In this document: piece after piece, positions 28,332-36,405 of the stretch
Layout of the letters: the number at the start of each line of letters is the position of its first letter
How positions within the stretch are numbered: the stretch's first letter is position 1
From: Frankiaceae bacterium
Lineage (GTDB): Bacteria > Actinomycetota > Actinomycetes > JAVEEJ01
Direction of reading: 5' to 3'
NCBI GenBank assembly: GCA_030840515.1
Contig: JAVEEJ010000181.1
Span: forward strand, 1-36,586
Length of the DNA: 36,586 nucleotides
Notes under the pieces: model-generated
What the model was told of the DNA's origin: nothing
What the model saw: only the letters and a program-made list of their open reading frames with translations
Database searches by the model: none
Program-made: the position numbers and the translations under genes

Positions 28332-29894
28332 ATGCTCACGTTCGCTGAGCTCGGCTTGCCCGAGCCCCTCGTCACCACCCTGACCCGCCGCGGCATGACC
28401 GCGCCCTTCGCCATCCAGACCGCCGCGCTGCCCGACGCACTCGCCGGCCGTGACGTCCTCGGCCGGGCGCAGACCGGCAGCGGCAAGACCCTGGCCTTCG
28501 GCCTCCCGCTGCTTGCTCGCCTCGCCGGCCGCCCGGTGCGCTCACGTCGCCCGCTCGGGCTGATCGTGGTGCCCACTCGCGAGCTCGCCTTCCAGGTCGT
28601 GGACGCGCTCGCACCGCTCGGCCACTCGCTGGGCGTCGCGGTCACCTCCGTCGTCGGCGGTGCGCCGTTCGGCAAGCAGGTCACTGCGCTGTCCCGCGGT
28701 GCCGCCGTCGTCGTCGCCACCCCGGGACGGCTGGAGGACCACATCCGCCAGGGCACGGCTTCTCTCGACGACGTCGAGATCGCCGTACTCGACGAGGCGG
28801 ATCACCTCTGCGACCTGGGCTTCCTGCCTGCGGTCCGTAGGCTCCTCGACCAGGTGAAGCCCGGTGGCCAGCGGCTGCTCTTCTCGGCGACGCTGGACAC
28901 GGCCGTGCGCAGCATCGTGGATGCCTACCTGAGCAATCCGGTGACGCACTCCACGATGCCCGAGGGCCAGCCGGTCGTGAAGACCGACCACCACGTCCTC
29001 GTCATCCACCCGCGCGACAAGTCCGCAGTGACCGCGGAGATCGCCAGCCGAAGCGGACGCACCATGTTGTTCGTGCGCACCCAGCACGGGGCCGACCGCC
29101 TCGCCACGCAGCTTCACCGGGTCGGTGTCGGCGCCGGGTCACTGCACGGCGGCAAGACGCAGGCGCAGCGCAACAAGGCGCTCGCTGCCTTCAAGGACGG
29201 CACCGTCTCGGTCCTGGTCGCCACTGACGTGGCCGCCCGCGGCATCCACGTCGACGACGTCGACCTCGTCGTCCAGATCGACGTGGCGGCGGACAGCAAG
29301 GACTACCTGCACCGCGCAGGTCGCACCGCCCGAGCAGGCAACGCCGGCACGGTCGTCACGCTGACCTCGCCGCAGGACGAGCGGAGCGTCACCAACATGG
29401 TGAAGCGCGCCGGTGTCGACGTGCGCTCGACGCGGGTGAGCCCGGGCAGCCCCGAGCTGACCGACATCACCGGATCGGCTGCGGTCTCCGGCGAGCCCTG
29501 GATCCCGCCGGCGGAGAGCCGCTCCGAGCGCGCCGACCGACCCTTCCGCGGCGCCCGTTCGGCCCGCGCCGACCGCCCGGTCCGTTCGGACCGTCCCATG
29601 GGCTCCGACCGCTCCGTACGTCCGGATCGACCCGTTCGCTCGGACCGTCCCGTGCGCTCGGACCGTCCCGTTCGCTCGGACCGTCCGGTCCGCGATGACC
29701 GCCCCGTGCGCTCGGAGCGTCCCGCCCGGTCCACCAGCCCGACTCGGACCCACAGCAGCCGACCGGAGTCAGCCCCACCCGTGCGCGACGACCGACCGCG
29801 CCACGAGCGGCGTGCCAGCCTCCAGCCTCGCGCGGGGAAGCCGGCGTTCCGGGGCGAGGTGCGCTCAGAAGGCCGCCGTACTCGCTCCGCCTGA
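28332..29894 (+). CDS. DEAD-box ATP-dependent RNA helicase with Arg/Pro-rich repetitive C-terminal tail
   Basis: Motifs: FAELGL...PFAIQ (Q motif), AQTGSGKT (I), PTRELA (Ia), VLDEADHL (DEAD), SATL (III), HRAGRTARAG (VI). ATG 28332 is in frame in the 28038..29894 ORF. Confidence 0.9.
   Translation: MLTFAELGLPEPLVTTLTRRGMTAPFAIQTAALPDALAGRDVLGRAQTGSGKTLAFGLPLLARLAGRPVRSRRPLGLIVVPTRELAFQVVDALAPLGHSLGVAVTSVVGGAPFGKQVTALSRGAAVVVATPGRLEDHIRQGTASLDDVEIAVLDEADHLCDLGFLPAVRRLLDQVKPGGQRLLFSATLDTAVRSIVDAYLSNPVTHSTMPEGQPVVKTDHHVLVIHPRDKSAVTAEIASRSGRTMLFVRTQHGADRLATQLHRVGVGAGSLHGGKTQAQRNKALAAFKDGTVSVLVATDVAARGIHVDDVDLVVQIDVAADSKDYLHRAGRTARAGNAGTVVTLTSPQDERSVTNMVKRAGVDVRSTRVSPGSPELTDITGSAAVSGEPWIPPAESRSERADRPFRGARSARADRPVRSDRPMGSDRSVRPDRPVRSDRPVRSDRPVRSDRPVRDDRPVRSERPARSTSPTRTHSSRPESAPPVRDDRPRHERRASLQPRAGKPAFRGEVRSEGRRTRSA
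29571..29732 (+). repeat. Nine tandem 18-bp units (consensus GACCGTCCCGTKCGCTCG) encoding (D-R-P-V-R-S)n
   Basis: Units start every 18 nt from 29571. Protein: DRPVRS DRPMGS DRSVRP DRPVRS DRPVRS DRPVRS DRPVRD DRPVRS ERPARS. Confidence 0.85.
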
Positions 29895-30039
29895 TCGTCC
29901 TCCCGCCCGTCCGCTGAGACCCAGGTCACAGCGGACTCGCGGCCTATGTCCGATCGCGGGCGAAAGGTCGCCCGTCACGGTCGGTGACGACGACTCGTTG
30001 TCCATCGCGTACGGGGATCACGCGAAGGAGGCGAGGACA

Positions 30040-30195
30040 ATGGACGAGCTCAAGCAGGCCACTGCGCGCTCGGTCGACGCGACCCAGCTGACCTCAGCCG
30101 CCCGGCTGGGTGACCTGCTCGCCGCGGTGCGGATGAGCTGGGACGAGCTGTTCGACCTCCCCGAGCCGCGCCCGCTGCGGACGACAGCGGCCTGA
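30040..30195 (+). CDS. Small hypothetical protein (51 aa)
   Basis: Near-consensus GAAGGAGG Shine-Dalgarno at 30024-30031, 8 nt before ATG 30040. Product MDELKQATARSVDATQLTSAARLGDLLAAVRMSWDELFDLPEPRPLRTTAA. High GC3. It is the 3' end of the longer 29695..30195 track ORF, which otherwise overlaps the helicase. Confidence 0.5.
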   Translation: MDELKQATARSVDATQLTSAARLGDLLAAVRMSWDELFDLPEPRPLRTTAA

Positions 30196-30282
30196 CCACA
30201 CGGTCGCCGCTCGGGCGGGTCCGCTCGGTTGAGCGATGATGGGCTGACGCACCTGCCCGTCACAGCGATCGAGAGGAGCCGC

Positions 30283-31191
30283 GTGCCGCTTGACCCGAGC
30301 GACCTCTACCGGCTCGAGCCGGAGCTCCCGAACGCCCCCGGCATGGTGCTGGTCATCGCGCTCGACGGGTTCATCGACGCCGGCTGGGCCCGCCGCCTCG
30401 CCCGCACCCACCTGCTCGCGACCCTCGAGCCGACGCTGGTGGCGACCTTCGACGTCGACCAGCTCTACGACTACCGCGCGCGCCGTCCCGCGATGGTGTT
30501 CGTCGAAGACCACTGGGAGAGCTACGAGGATCCTGAGCTGGTGCTGCATTGCCTGACGGACGGTGCGGGCACACCGTTCCTCCTGCTCTCGGGTGCCGAG
30601 CCCGATGTCCAATGGGAGCGCTTCGTCACCGCGGTGCACGAGCTGGTGGTCCGGCTCGGCGTTCGGCTGACCGTCGGCCTCAACGCCATCCCGATGGGCG
30701 TGCCGCACACGCGAGCGGTCGGTGTGCTGCTGCACGGATCGCGCAAGGAGCTCCTCGGCGACCAGCTGCCGTGGATCGACACGGTCCAAGTGCCGGCCAG
30801 CGCGGCGCATCTCATCGAATACCGGCTCGGCAAGCTCGGCGTGGACACCATGGGCCTTGCCGTCCAGGTCCCGCACTACGTCGCCAACGTGGACTACCCG
30901 GCCGCCGCGCTCGCACTGGTGCAGGAGGTGGCGCGCGTCGGTGACCTGTCACTCCCGGTGGACGAGCTCGTGACCGCGGCTACCGAGGCGAGGGCCGCGA
31001 TCGACGCGCAGGTCGAGGACAGCCCCGAGCTGGGCCAGCTCGTTTCCGCGGTGGAGCAGTCCTACGACGAGTTCCTCGCCGGGCGGGCCCAAGCGCGCAT
31101 CGACGGGATGTCGCTACCGACCGGCGACGAGCTCGGCGCTCAGTTCGAGGCCTTCCTCGCGGAGCGCACCGACAAGGACGACAAGGCCTGA
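30283..31191 (+). CDS. PAC2 (proteasome assembly chaperone 2-like) family protein
   Basis: GMVLVIALDGFIDAGWARRL... and the overall ~300-aa layout match actinobacterial PAC2-family proteins. GTG 30283 is preferred because of the GAGAGGAG Shine-Dalgarno at 30271-30278. Confidence 0.75.
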   Translation: MPLDPSDLYRLEPELPNAPGMVLVIALDGFIDAGWARRLARTHLLATLEPTLVATFDVDQLYDYRARRPAMVFVEDHWESYEDPELVLHCLTDGAGTPFLLLSGAEPDVQWERFVTAVHELVVRLGVRLTVGLNAIPMGVPHTRAVGVLLHGSRKELLGDQLPWIDTVQVPASAAHLIEYRLGKLGVDTMGLAVQVPHYVANVDYPAAALALVQEVARVGDLSLPVDELVTAATEARAAIDAQVEDSPELGQLVSAVEQSYDEFLAGRAQARIDGMSLPTGDELGAQFEAFLAERTDKDDKA

Positions 31192-31204
31192 CGCGCGCCG
31201 CTGG

Positions 31205-31258
31205 TCAGCGCAGCGTCACTCACCGCAGCGTCACTCACCGCAGCGTCACTCACCGCAG
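31205..31258. repeat. 15-bp tandem repeat (CGCAGCGTCACTCAC x3 plus partial copies) spanning the 3' end of the minus-strand methyltransferase gene
   Basis: Units at 31209-31223, 31224-31238 and 31239-31253, with a partial unit at 31254-31258. On the minus strand each unit reads GTG ACG CTG CGG TGA, in frame with the gene. Confidence 0.9.
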
Positions 31259-32428
31259 AGCGACCAGCAGCGACTTCTCGCCGTTGTCGAAGTAGGCCGA
31301 GCGAGTTCCCTCGGTCGGCGGCACCACGGCGTGGACTTCACGGAACCCGGCCGCCAGCAGCAGCTCCGCAAGCGCCTGTCGATCGGGTCGCATCTCGGTG
31401 AGGTAGCGGATGTTGCCCGGCTCCAGGGTCACCTGGTCGCGGTGGAGGTAGATGTTGCCCCACCCGCGGAAGTGCACGTTGTCGGGGAACACGGGAGTGT
31501 CCGACTCGACGAGCGCGACCTGGTCCGTCAACTCGAACAGGTTGCGGGCGAACAGCAGCGGGTTCTCCATGTGGTAGATCACACCGAGCGCGAGCGTCAC
31601 GTCGTAGCGCCGGCCGAGGCTGCGCGCCCAGTCAGCCTTCTCCAGGTCCACGCGACCGATGCGGCCGCCCTTCTGGTTCTTGAGCGCCCGGATCAGCCAC
31701 ATGCGCGAGATGTTGCTGATGTTGAGCTCGATCGCGTCGACGTCACTGACACCACGGTCGAGCAGCCAGTTGGTGACGTAGCCCTCTGCGGCGCCGATGT
31801 CTACGAATGAGCGGTCGGACGGCGCGGTCACGCCGGCGATCACCAGCGCTCGGTCGATCATGTCGAGCATCGCGTCGACCCGTGTGGAGTAGGCGGAGTA
31901 GAACCCCTCCGTCTCACGCAGCTCGGGCAGGCCGTGGTGGTAGCGCCAGCGGACCTGGCTCATCGCCTCGGCGCGCAGCTCATCCGTGGGCCGGCCCAGA
32001 TAGGGGTTGGTGTCGTCCCAGGCGACCGGCTCGGACGGGAGGCAGAACTCGTCGAGGCTGCGCTCGCAGAAGCGCTCGCCGAAGACCTCGTCACGGGTCC
32101 AGACCGCCCGGTCCTCCGTATCCCCGGCCTCCGAGGCCGTGGCGAACCGGGTCGCTGCGTCCCGATCGGTGGTGACCACCGGCAGGGTCTCGGGCGGCAG
32201 GGGTCGCGCGGTCGCGGGCCTGGAAGCCGCGGGAAGTCGGCGGGTGCGCTCGACCACGAGCAGCAGTCCGACCAAGGATCCGCCCGCGAGGACCGCGAGA
32301 CAGGCGAGGCTGAGCTCGGGTGCGATGAAGGCGAACACCACGCTCGCGGTGACGAGGACGGCCACCCCGCCCACAGCCAGGGGAAACCTGCGCGCAACCG
32401 TCTTCAGCGCCGTCAACTCCGCCGACAT
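31250..32428 (-). CDS. Membrane-anchored class I SAM-dependent methyltransferase
   Basis: Two N-terminal TM segments (FPLAVGGVAVLVTASVVFAFIAPELSLACLAVLAGGSLVGLLLVV). SAM motif I FVDIGAAEGY, and the post-I/II pattern DAIELN...YDVTLALGVIYHMENP. Confidence 0.8.
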   Translation of the reverse strand: MSAELTALKTVARRFPLAVGGVAVLVTASVVFAFIAPELSLACLAVLAGGSLVGLLLVVERTRRLPAASRPATARPLPPETLPVVTTDRDAATRFATASEAGDTEDRAVWTRDEVFGERFCERSLDEFCLPSEPVAWDDTNPYLGRPTDELRAEAMSQVRWRYHHGLPELRETEGFYSAYSTRVDAMLDMIDRALVIAGVTAPSDRSFVDIGAAEGYVTNWLLDRGVSDVDAIELNISNISRMWLIRALKNQKGGRIGRVDLEKADWARSLGRRYDVTLALGVIYHMENPLLFARNLFELTDQVALVESDTPVFPDNVHFRGWGNIYLHRDQVTLEPGNIRYLTEMRPDRQALAELLLAAGFREVHAVVPPTEGTRSAYFDNGEKSLLVALR

Positions 32429-32554
32429 CGAGCCCTGCCCTTCCTCGTGACCGCTCCCCCGCGACGGTGTCGCCGCACGACTCTAGGGGGATCCGGCAAG
32501 CCCGCCGCGCACCGACGGGCGTGGCGGCCCGTGCCTGCCCCGCTGTAACGGCGT

Positions 32555-33658
32555 TCAACCGTTCTCCGCGAGGGGCCACACGGCAGCGGCCCCCGCAGTC
32601 CCAGCCGCCCCGCGCACTGCGCTGCGCAGCACGTCGGGGGCGACGCCGGAGTCCAGGCAGCCCAGCAACAGCCGCGCACCACTGTTGTCGGGGTCGTCCT
32701 CGATCGCTCGCTCCAGCGCGATGGTGACGATCGCGCCGCCCCCGGCCAGGTAGGCAACCCAGGCCAGAGTCGTGCACAGGGCGGCGTCGAAGGGCGGCGC
32801 GCTGCGCGTGCACAGGTGCTCCAACAGCTGCTGTAGCTGCTTGGGCTCGTCGAGCCCGGACTGGACGACCCGGTCCCGGGTCTCTCCATCGAGGAGCGAG
32901 GTGATCAGGGCCCGGCAGGCGTCGTCGTCGAGCCGATGCCGTGGGTCGCGGGCCTGCTCGAGTGCCTGTCTCCAGCAGTGCAGGATCGCGTCCCGCTGGC
33001 CTTGCGGGTTCTCCAGCCGGGCGAGGGCCTGGTCAATCGCAACCTCGGTCAGCGCGGCGACGGCGAAGTCCTCCCCGAGCGGATGGACCCCGGCGATCGA
33101 GCGCTCCAGGTCCTCGCGGCTGGCCAGCGTGGCACGCCCCGCCAGCACGGCCTCGGCCACGGCCAGACCCAGCCCCTCCCCACCGGCGTCGTCGGCAAGC
33201 GGAGTGCCGGCCGCCGGGCAGCACTCCGACCGGTCGCAGCGGTAGGACCACCAGCGCCCGTCGCGGACCAGCAGCGCGTCGGTGACGCTCAAGCCAGAAC
33301 CCAACGCCGCCTGGTAGAGCCGCTCAGCGAGCTCGGTGTGGGGATGGCCCTCGGCCGTGTCCTCATCCGCCGTCCAGATGGCGAACAGGATCCGTGTCGC
33401 GTTGTCCTCGAGCGCGCGGTCGATGATCTGCTGCACCACGACGCCGGGCATCTGCACCCCCGGTGGGGGCAGGTCGAGGCGCTGCACCAACCCAAGCCGA
33501 CCCCGCGGCTCGCGCAGGGCCAGGGCCACCACCGACTCGTGCGGCGTGAACCCCAACAGCTGAGGGATCAGCAGGGCCAGCTCACCCGGGCGCGAGATGC
33601 GTGCGACCGGCGTGCTGGCCTCAGTGCTCGGTGTCCTCGAGGCACGGTGACGTCTCAT
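32555..33658 (-). CDS. DUF4192-family protein
   Basis: N-terminal ISRPGELALLIPQLLGFTPHESVVALAL matches the characteristic DUF4192 opening (l-spadliaavPyLLGF-PedSlVvl) as I recall it. 367 aa. GGAGGG Shine-Dalgarno upstream. Confidence 0.7.
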   Translation of the reverse strand: MRRHRASRTPSTEASTPVARISRPGELALLIPQLLGFTPHESVVALALREPRGRLGLVQRLDLPPPGVQMPGVVVQQIIDRALEDNATRILFAIWTADEDTAEGHPHTELAERLYQAALGSGLSVTDALLVRDGRWWSYRCDRSECCPAAGTPLADDAGGEGLGLAVAEAVLAGRATLASREDLERSIAGVHPLGEDFAVAALTEVAIDQALARLENPQGQRDAILHCWRQALEQARDPRHRLDDDACRALITSLLDGETRDRVVQSGLDEPKQLQQLLEHLCTRSAPPFDAALCTTLAWVAYLAGGGAIVTIALERAIEDDPDNSGARLLLGCLDSGVAPDVLRSAVRGAAGTAGAAAVWPLAENG

Positions 33659-33710
33659 GTCACCACCCTCCGCCGCCGCGAGCTGGTGGCGCTGGGCTCA
33701 TCTGGCCGGC

Positions 33711-33778
33711 TGTGGAGAACGGGCTGGGCTAACCGGCCTGTGTGGACAACCGCCGTGCCTGCGCAGTCCGGTGTGGAC
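33711..33778. repeat. Three direct copies of CCGG-N(1-3)-TGTGGA(G/C) spaced 30-31 bp apart, upstream of the DUF4192 gene
   Basis: TGTGGAG at 33711, TGTGGAC at 33741 and TGTGGAC at 33772, each preceded by CCGG. They lie in the intergenic region between the CocE/NonD stop (33789) and the DUF4192 start (33658). Confidence 0.3.
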
Positions 33779-33788
33779 GGCGGTAGGG

Positions 33789-35609
33789 CTAGCGCAGCAG
33801 GCTGACCGTTAGGTACGACGGGTGCGCCGCGTCGTGCACGACCGACATCACGTCGCCCACGCTGTTCGCCAGCTGCGGCGCGGGTGCCGCGAGGTGCGGT
33901 GTGTCGAAGGCCTCGATGCTCAGTCGCAGGTGGTGGCCGGCCGCGATCGTCGCGCCCGTCGGGAAAACCTCGACGTCGATGGGCACCGCCGTACTCGTCG
34001 GCATGTCCTGCTGCGACGCCTTGGTGAACGGGTGCCACGGCACGACGAGCGCATCCCCGAGCCGCAGCGACTTCTTGGCGTCGAGCGCACGCAGCGAGAG
34101 CACCTGCCATCCACCGGTCAGCGCGTTCGCCGTGCCGTCCGGCGCGACGTCCTCGAGCCGCAGCGCGAGCATCCCGTCGGCGCGCGTTGTCGACACCCAC
34201 AGGTGCGCGTTGACCGGGCCGTAGAGAGTCATGGGCTTGGTGACTGACAGGTCGTACGACGTCGCCTGCAGGTCATCGGCACGCGCGTTGGACTCGCATG
34301 GGGTGCCGCTCCAGGCCGCGCCGGCCGTCCACTGCGTCGCCGACCGGCTGCACAGCCCCTGCGACGGCAGCGGCAGCACCGCGTCGCTGCCACCGCTCGC
34401 CTTGCCCTGCACCATGCCGCCGGGCTGGCCGGGCAGCGCAGCGCCGGTGAGCCCGAGGTTCGCGGTGCGCACGCCGCCGCCCATCCAGTCCTTCGCCGTG
34501 CGCCACTTGTCGGTGCCGAGGTCGTACCAGGTGACGGGCGCGATGTCCTTGTCGAGCCCGCGATCGGCTACGCCGCGCACGTAGTGGTCGAACCAGCGCA
34601 ACGCGAGGGTGTTGAGGTCGGGCACGCCCTGGGCGGGCAGCCCGGCCCCGGTCGAGCCCTGGGTGTGCGTCCACGGGCCCATCAACAGCCGGGTCGGCAC
34701 GTGGTTGGCGCGCAACCGCTTGTAGATCAGCGGCTCGCTGCGCTGGAACAGGTCGTGCCACCCGCCGACCACGAAGGTCGGCACCTGGATCTTGTCGATG
34801 TTCACCAGCGGCGAGCGCTGCGCGTAGAAGGGGCCGTCGTACGCGTTCTCCCCGCCGCTCAGCGACGACGCCACGGTCTGCGCCTGGAAGTTCGCAGCAC
34901 CTGCGACGTGATCGGTGAACGCCTTGAATCCGCCCTGCGGGTCGCCACTGATCGCCGGGCCGACGAGGCCTATCGAGGTGACCAGCCCGAGCCACAGCGG
35001 GATGAAGCCGACGTCGACCTGACCACCGGACGCGACCACGTCGCGGTACGCGTCGCCGTTCGGGACGATCGGGAACGCGGCCTTCAGCGCCCGCGGACGC
35101 TGCTCGGCGGTGAAGAGCTGGTTGATCGCCAGGTAGGACTCGCCGAGTGTCGCGATCCGGCCGTCGCTCCACGGCCGCGCGTGGCTCGCAGCCCAGGCCA
35201 CGAGGGCCATGCTGTCGGCCTGCTCCTTGGGCCCGAAGCTGTCCCACTGGCCCTGGCTCGAGCCCGTGCCGCGCACGTCGACCGTCACCTGGACGTAGCC
35301 GCGCTGCACCAGGTAGTCGGCGCGGTAGGAGAGGGCATCGACCGACTTCGAGTACGGCGTCTGCGTGAGGATCACCGGGAAGCGCCCGGGAGCCGGCTTG
35401 CCGTCGGTCGTCGCCGGGAGGTGCAGGTCGGCCAAGAGCACCGTGCCGTCGGACATGGTGATGGGCACGTTGTTCTGGTTGACCACCCCGTAGGTCGCCG
35501 GGCGCGGCTGCCACTGCTTGGCCGGCTGGTGGCCGGGAGTCGCATAGGCGGCGCTGGCGCAACCGAGCGCGAAGAGGGTTACGGCGGCGACGGCGGGGCG
35601 GAAGCGCAC
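33789..35609 (-). CDS. CocE/NonD-family (S15 X-Pro dipeptidyl-peptidase-like) alpha/beta hydrolase, secreted
   Basis: Signal peptide MRFRPAVAAVTLFALGCASAAYA. PVILTQTPYSK, the nucleophile elbow LGESYLA, and a long C-terminal beta-sandwich region typical of the family. Confidence 0.85.
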   Translation of the reverse strand: MRFRPAVAAVTLFALGCASAAYATPGHQPAKQWQPRPATYGVVNQNNVPITMSDGTVLLADLHLPATTDGKPAPGRFPVILTQTPYSKSVDALSYRADYLVQRGYVQVTVDVRGTGSSQGQWDSFGPKEQADSMALVAWAASHARPWSDGRIATLGESYLAINQLFTAEQRPRALKAAFPIVPNGDAYRDVVASGGQVDVGFIPLWLGLVTSIGLVGPAISGDPQGGFKAFTDHVAGAANFQAQTVASSLSGGENAYDGPFYAQRSPLVNIDKIQVPTFVVGGWHDLFQRSEPLIYKRLRANHVPTRLLMGPWTHTQGSTGAGLPAQGVPDLNTLALRWFDHYVRGVADRGLDKDIAPVTWYDLGTDKWRTAKDWMGGGVRTANLGLTGAALPGQPGGMVQGKASGGSDAVLPLPSQGLCSRSATQWTAGAAWSGTPCESNARADDLQATSYDLSVTKPMTLYGPVNAHLWVSTTRADGMLALRLEDVAPDGTANALTGGWQVLSLRALDAKKSLRLGDALVVPWHPFTKASQQDMPTSTAVPIDVEVFPTGATIAAGHHLRLSIEAFDTPHLAAPAPQLANSVGDVMSVVHDAAHPSYLTVSLLR

Positions 35610-35726
35610 GGCGGTCTCCTGGGGGGTGGGAGGACGTCCTGGTGCGGTGCTACCCCTTCACTACGCCGTCGGACCCCGGATCCCTGCTCAACTGTGCAGG
35701 GCGCTGCGTTCAGCGGCGGTGCCGGC

Positions 35727-36395
35727 CTACGTGCGCTGCAGCCGACGCTCGCCCGGTGCGGGCTGCGAGTGCCGGATCGTCACCGACATCCGCGGCGCGA
35801 CCGGCTTGGTGGTCTTGGGCACGGTGTGCTCCCAGTCGCTCTGACAGGCGCCGCCCATGACCACCAGGTCGCCCTCGCCGGGGTGGAGCTCATGGAGCGC
35901 CTTCGTCGTGCCGCGCTTGCGCAGCAGGAACCGCCGCCGGGCGCCGAGCGAGACGGTGGCGACGACCGGGCGGGTCATGACGTGCCGGTTGCGGTCGCCG
36001 TGCCAGGCGACCGAGTCCGAGCCGTCGCGGTAGAGGTTCACCCAGACGCGGTCGAAGTCCACCCCGTAGCGCTGCGACAAGGGCGTGCAGAGCGCGCTCA
36101 AGGACACCGGCAGGTCACCGTCCTCGCGGTCGACCGACCAGCCCGCGGTCAGCCGGGGCTCGGGGAGCTCGCGCTCCCACATTCGCACGGTGCGCTGCTG
36201 CCACCGGGCGTCCGCTGCCAGCTCGGCGAACAGCGCATCCGCTCCGCCGAGCCAACCCGGGCAGTAGTCGACCCAGGAGTCGGCGTCGAGCTCGATCCGT
36301 CGCAGCCCGGCGTACTCGAGGTCGGGCCGCGGCTCCCCCGCGCCGAACTGGGACCCGTCGAACAGCGACGGCTGCCAGTTCACCTCCGCGCGCAT
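35727..36395 (-). CDS. alkB: AlkB-like Fe(II)/2-oxoglutarate-dependent dioxygenase (alkylation repair)
   Basis: WHGDRN (H-x-D), DWEHTVPK (distal His) and RMSVTIRH (R-x-S-x-T-x-R 2OG-binding) in the canonical order. 222 aa. Confidence 0.8.
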   Translation of the reverse strand: MRAEVNWQPSLFDGSQFGAGEPRPDLEYAGLRRIELDADSWVDYCPGWLGGADALFAELAADARWQQRTVRMWERELPEPRLTAGWSVDREDGDLPVSLSALCTPLSQRYGVDFDRVWVNLYRDGSDSVAWHGDRNRHVMTRPVVATVSLGARRRFLLRKRGTTKALHELHPGEGDLVVMGGACQSDWEHTVPKTTKPVAPRMSVTIRHSQPAPGERRLQRT

Positions 36396-36405
36396 GCCTC
36401 AAAGG

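Noticed and set aside
31205-31258. Possible CRISPR array or other spaced-repeat locus
   Set aside because: The repeats are directly abutting 15-bp units with no spacers, and no cas genes are present. This is a simple tandem repeat. The arrays at 13078-13262 and 29571-29732 are likewise in-frame coding repeats.
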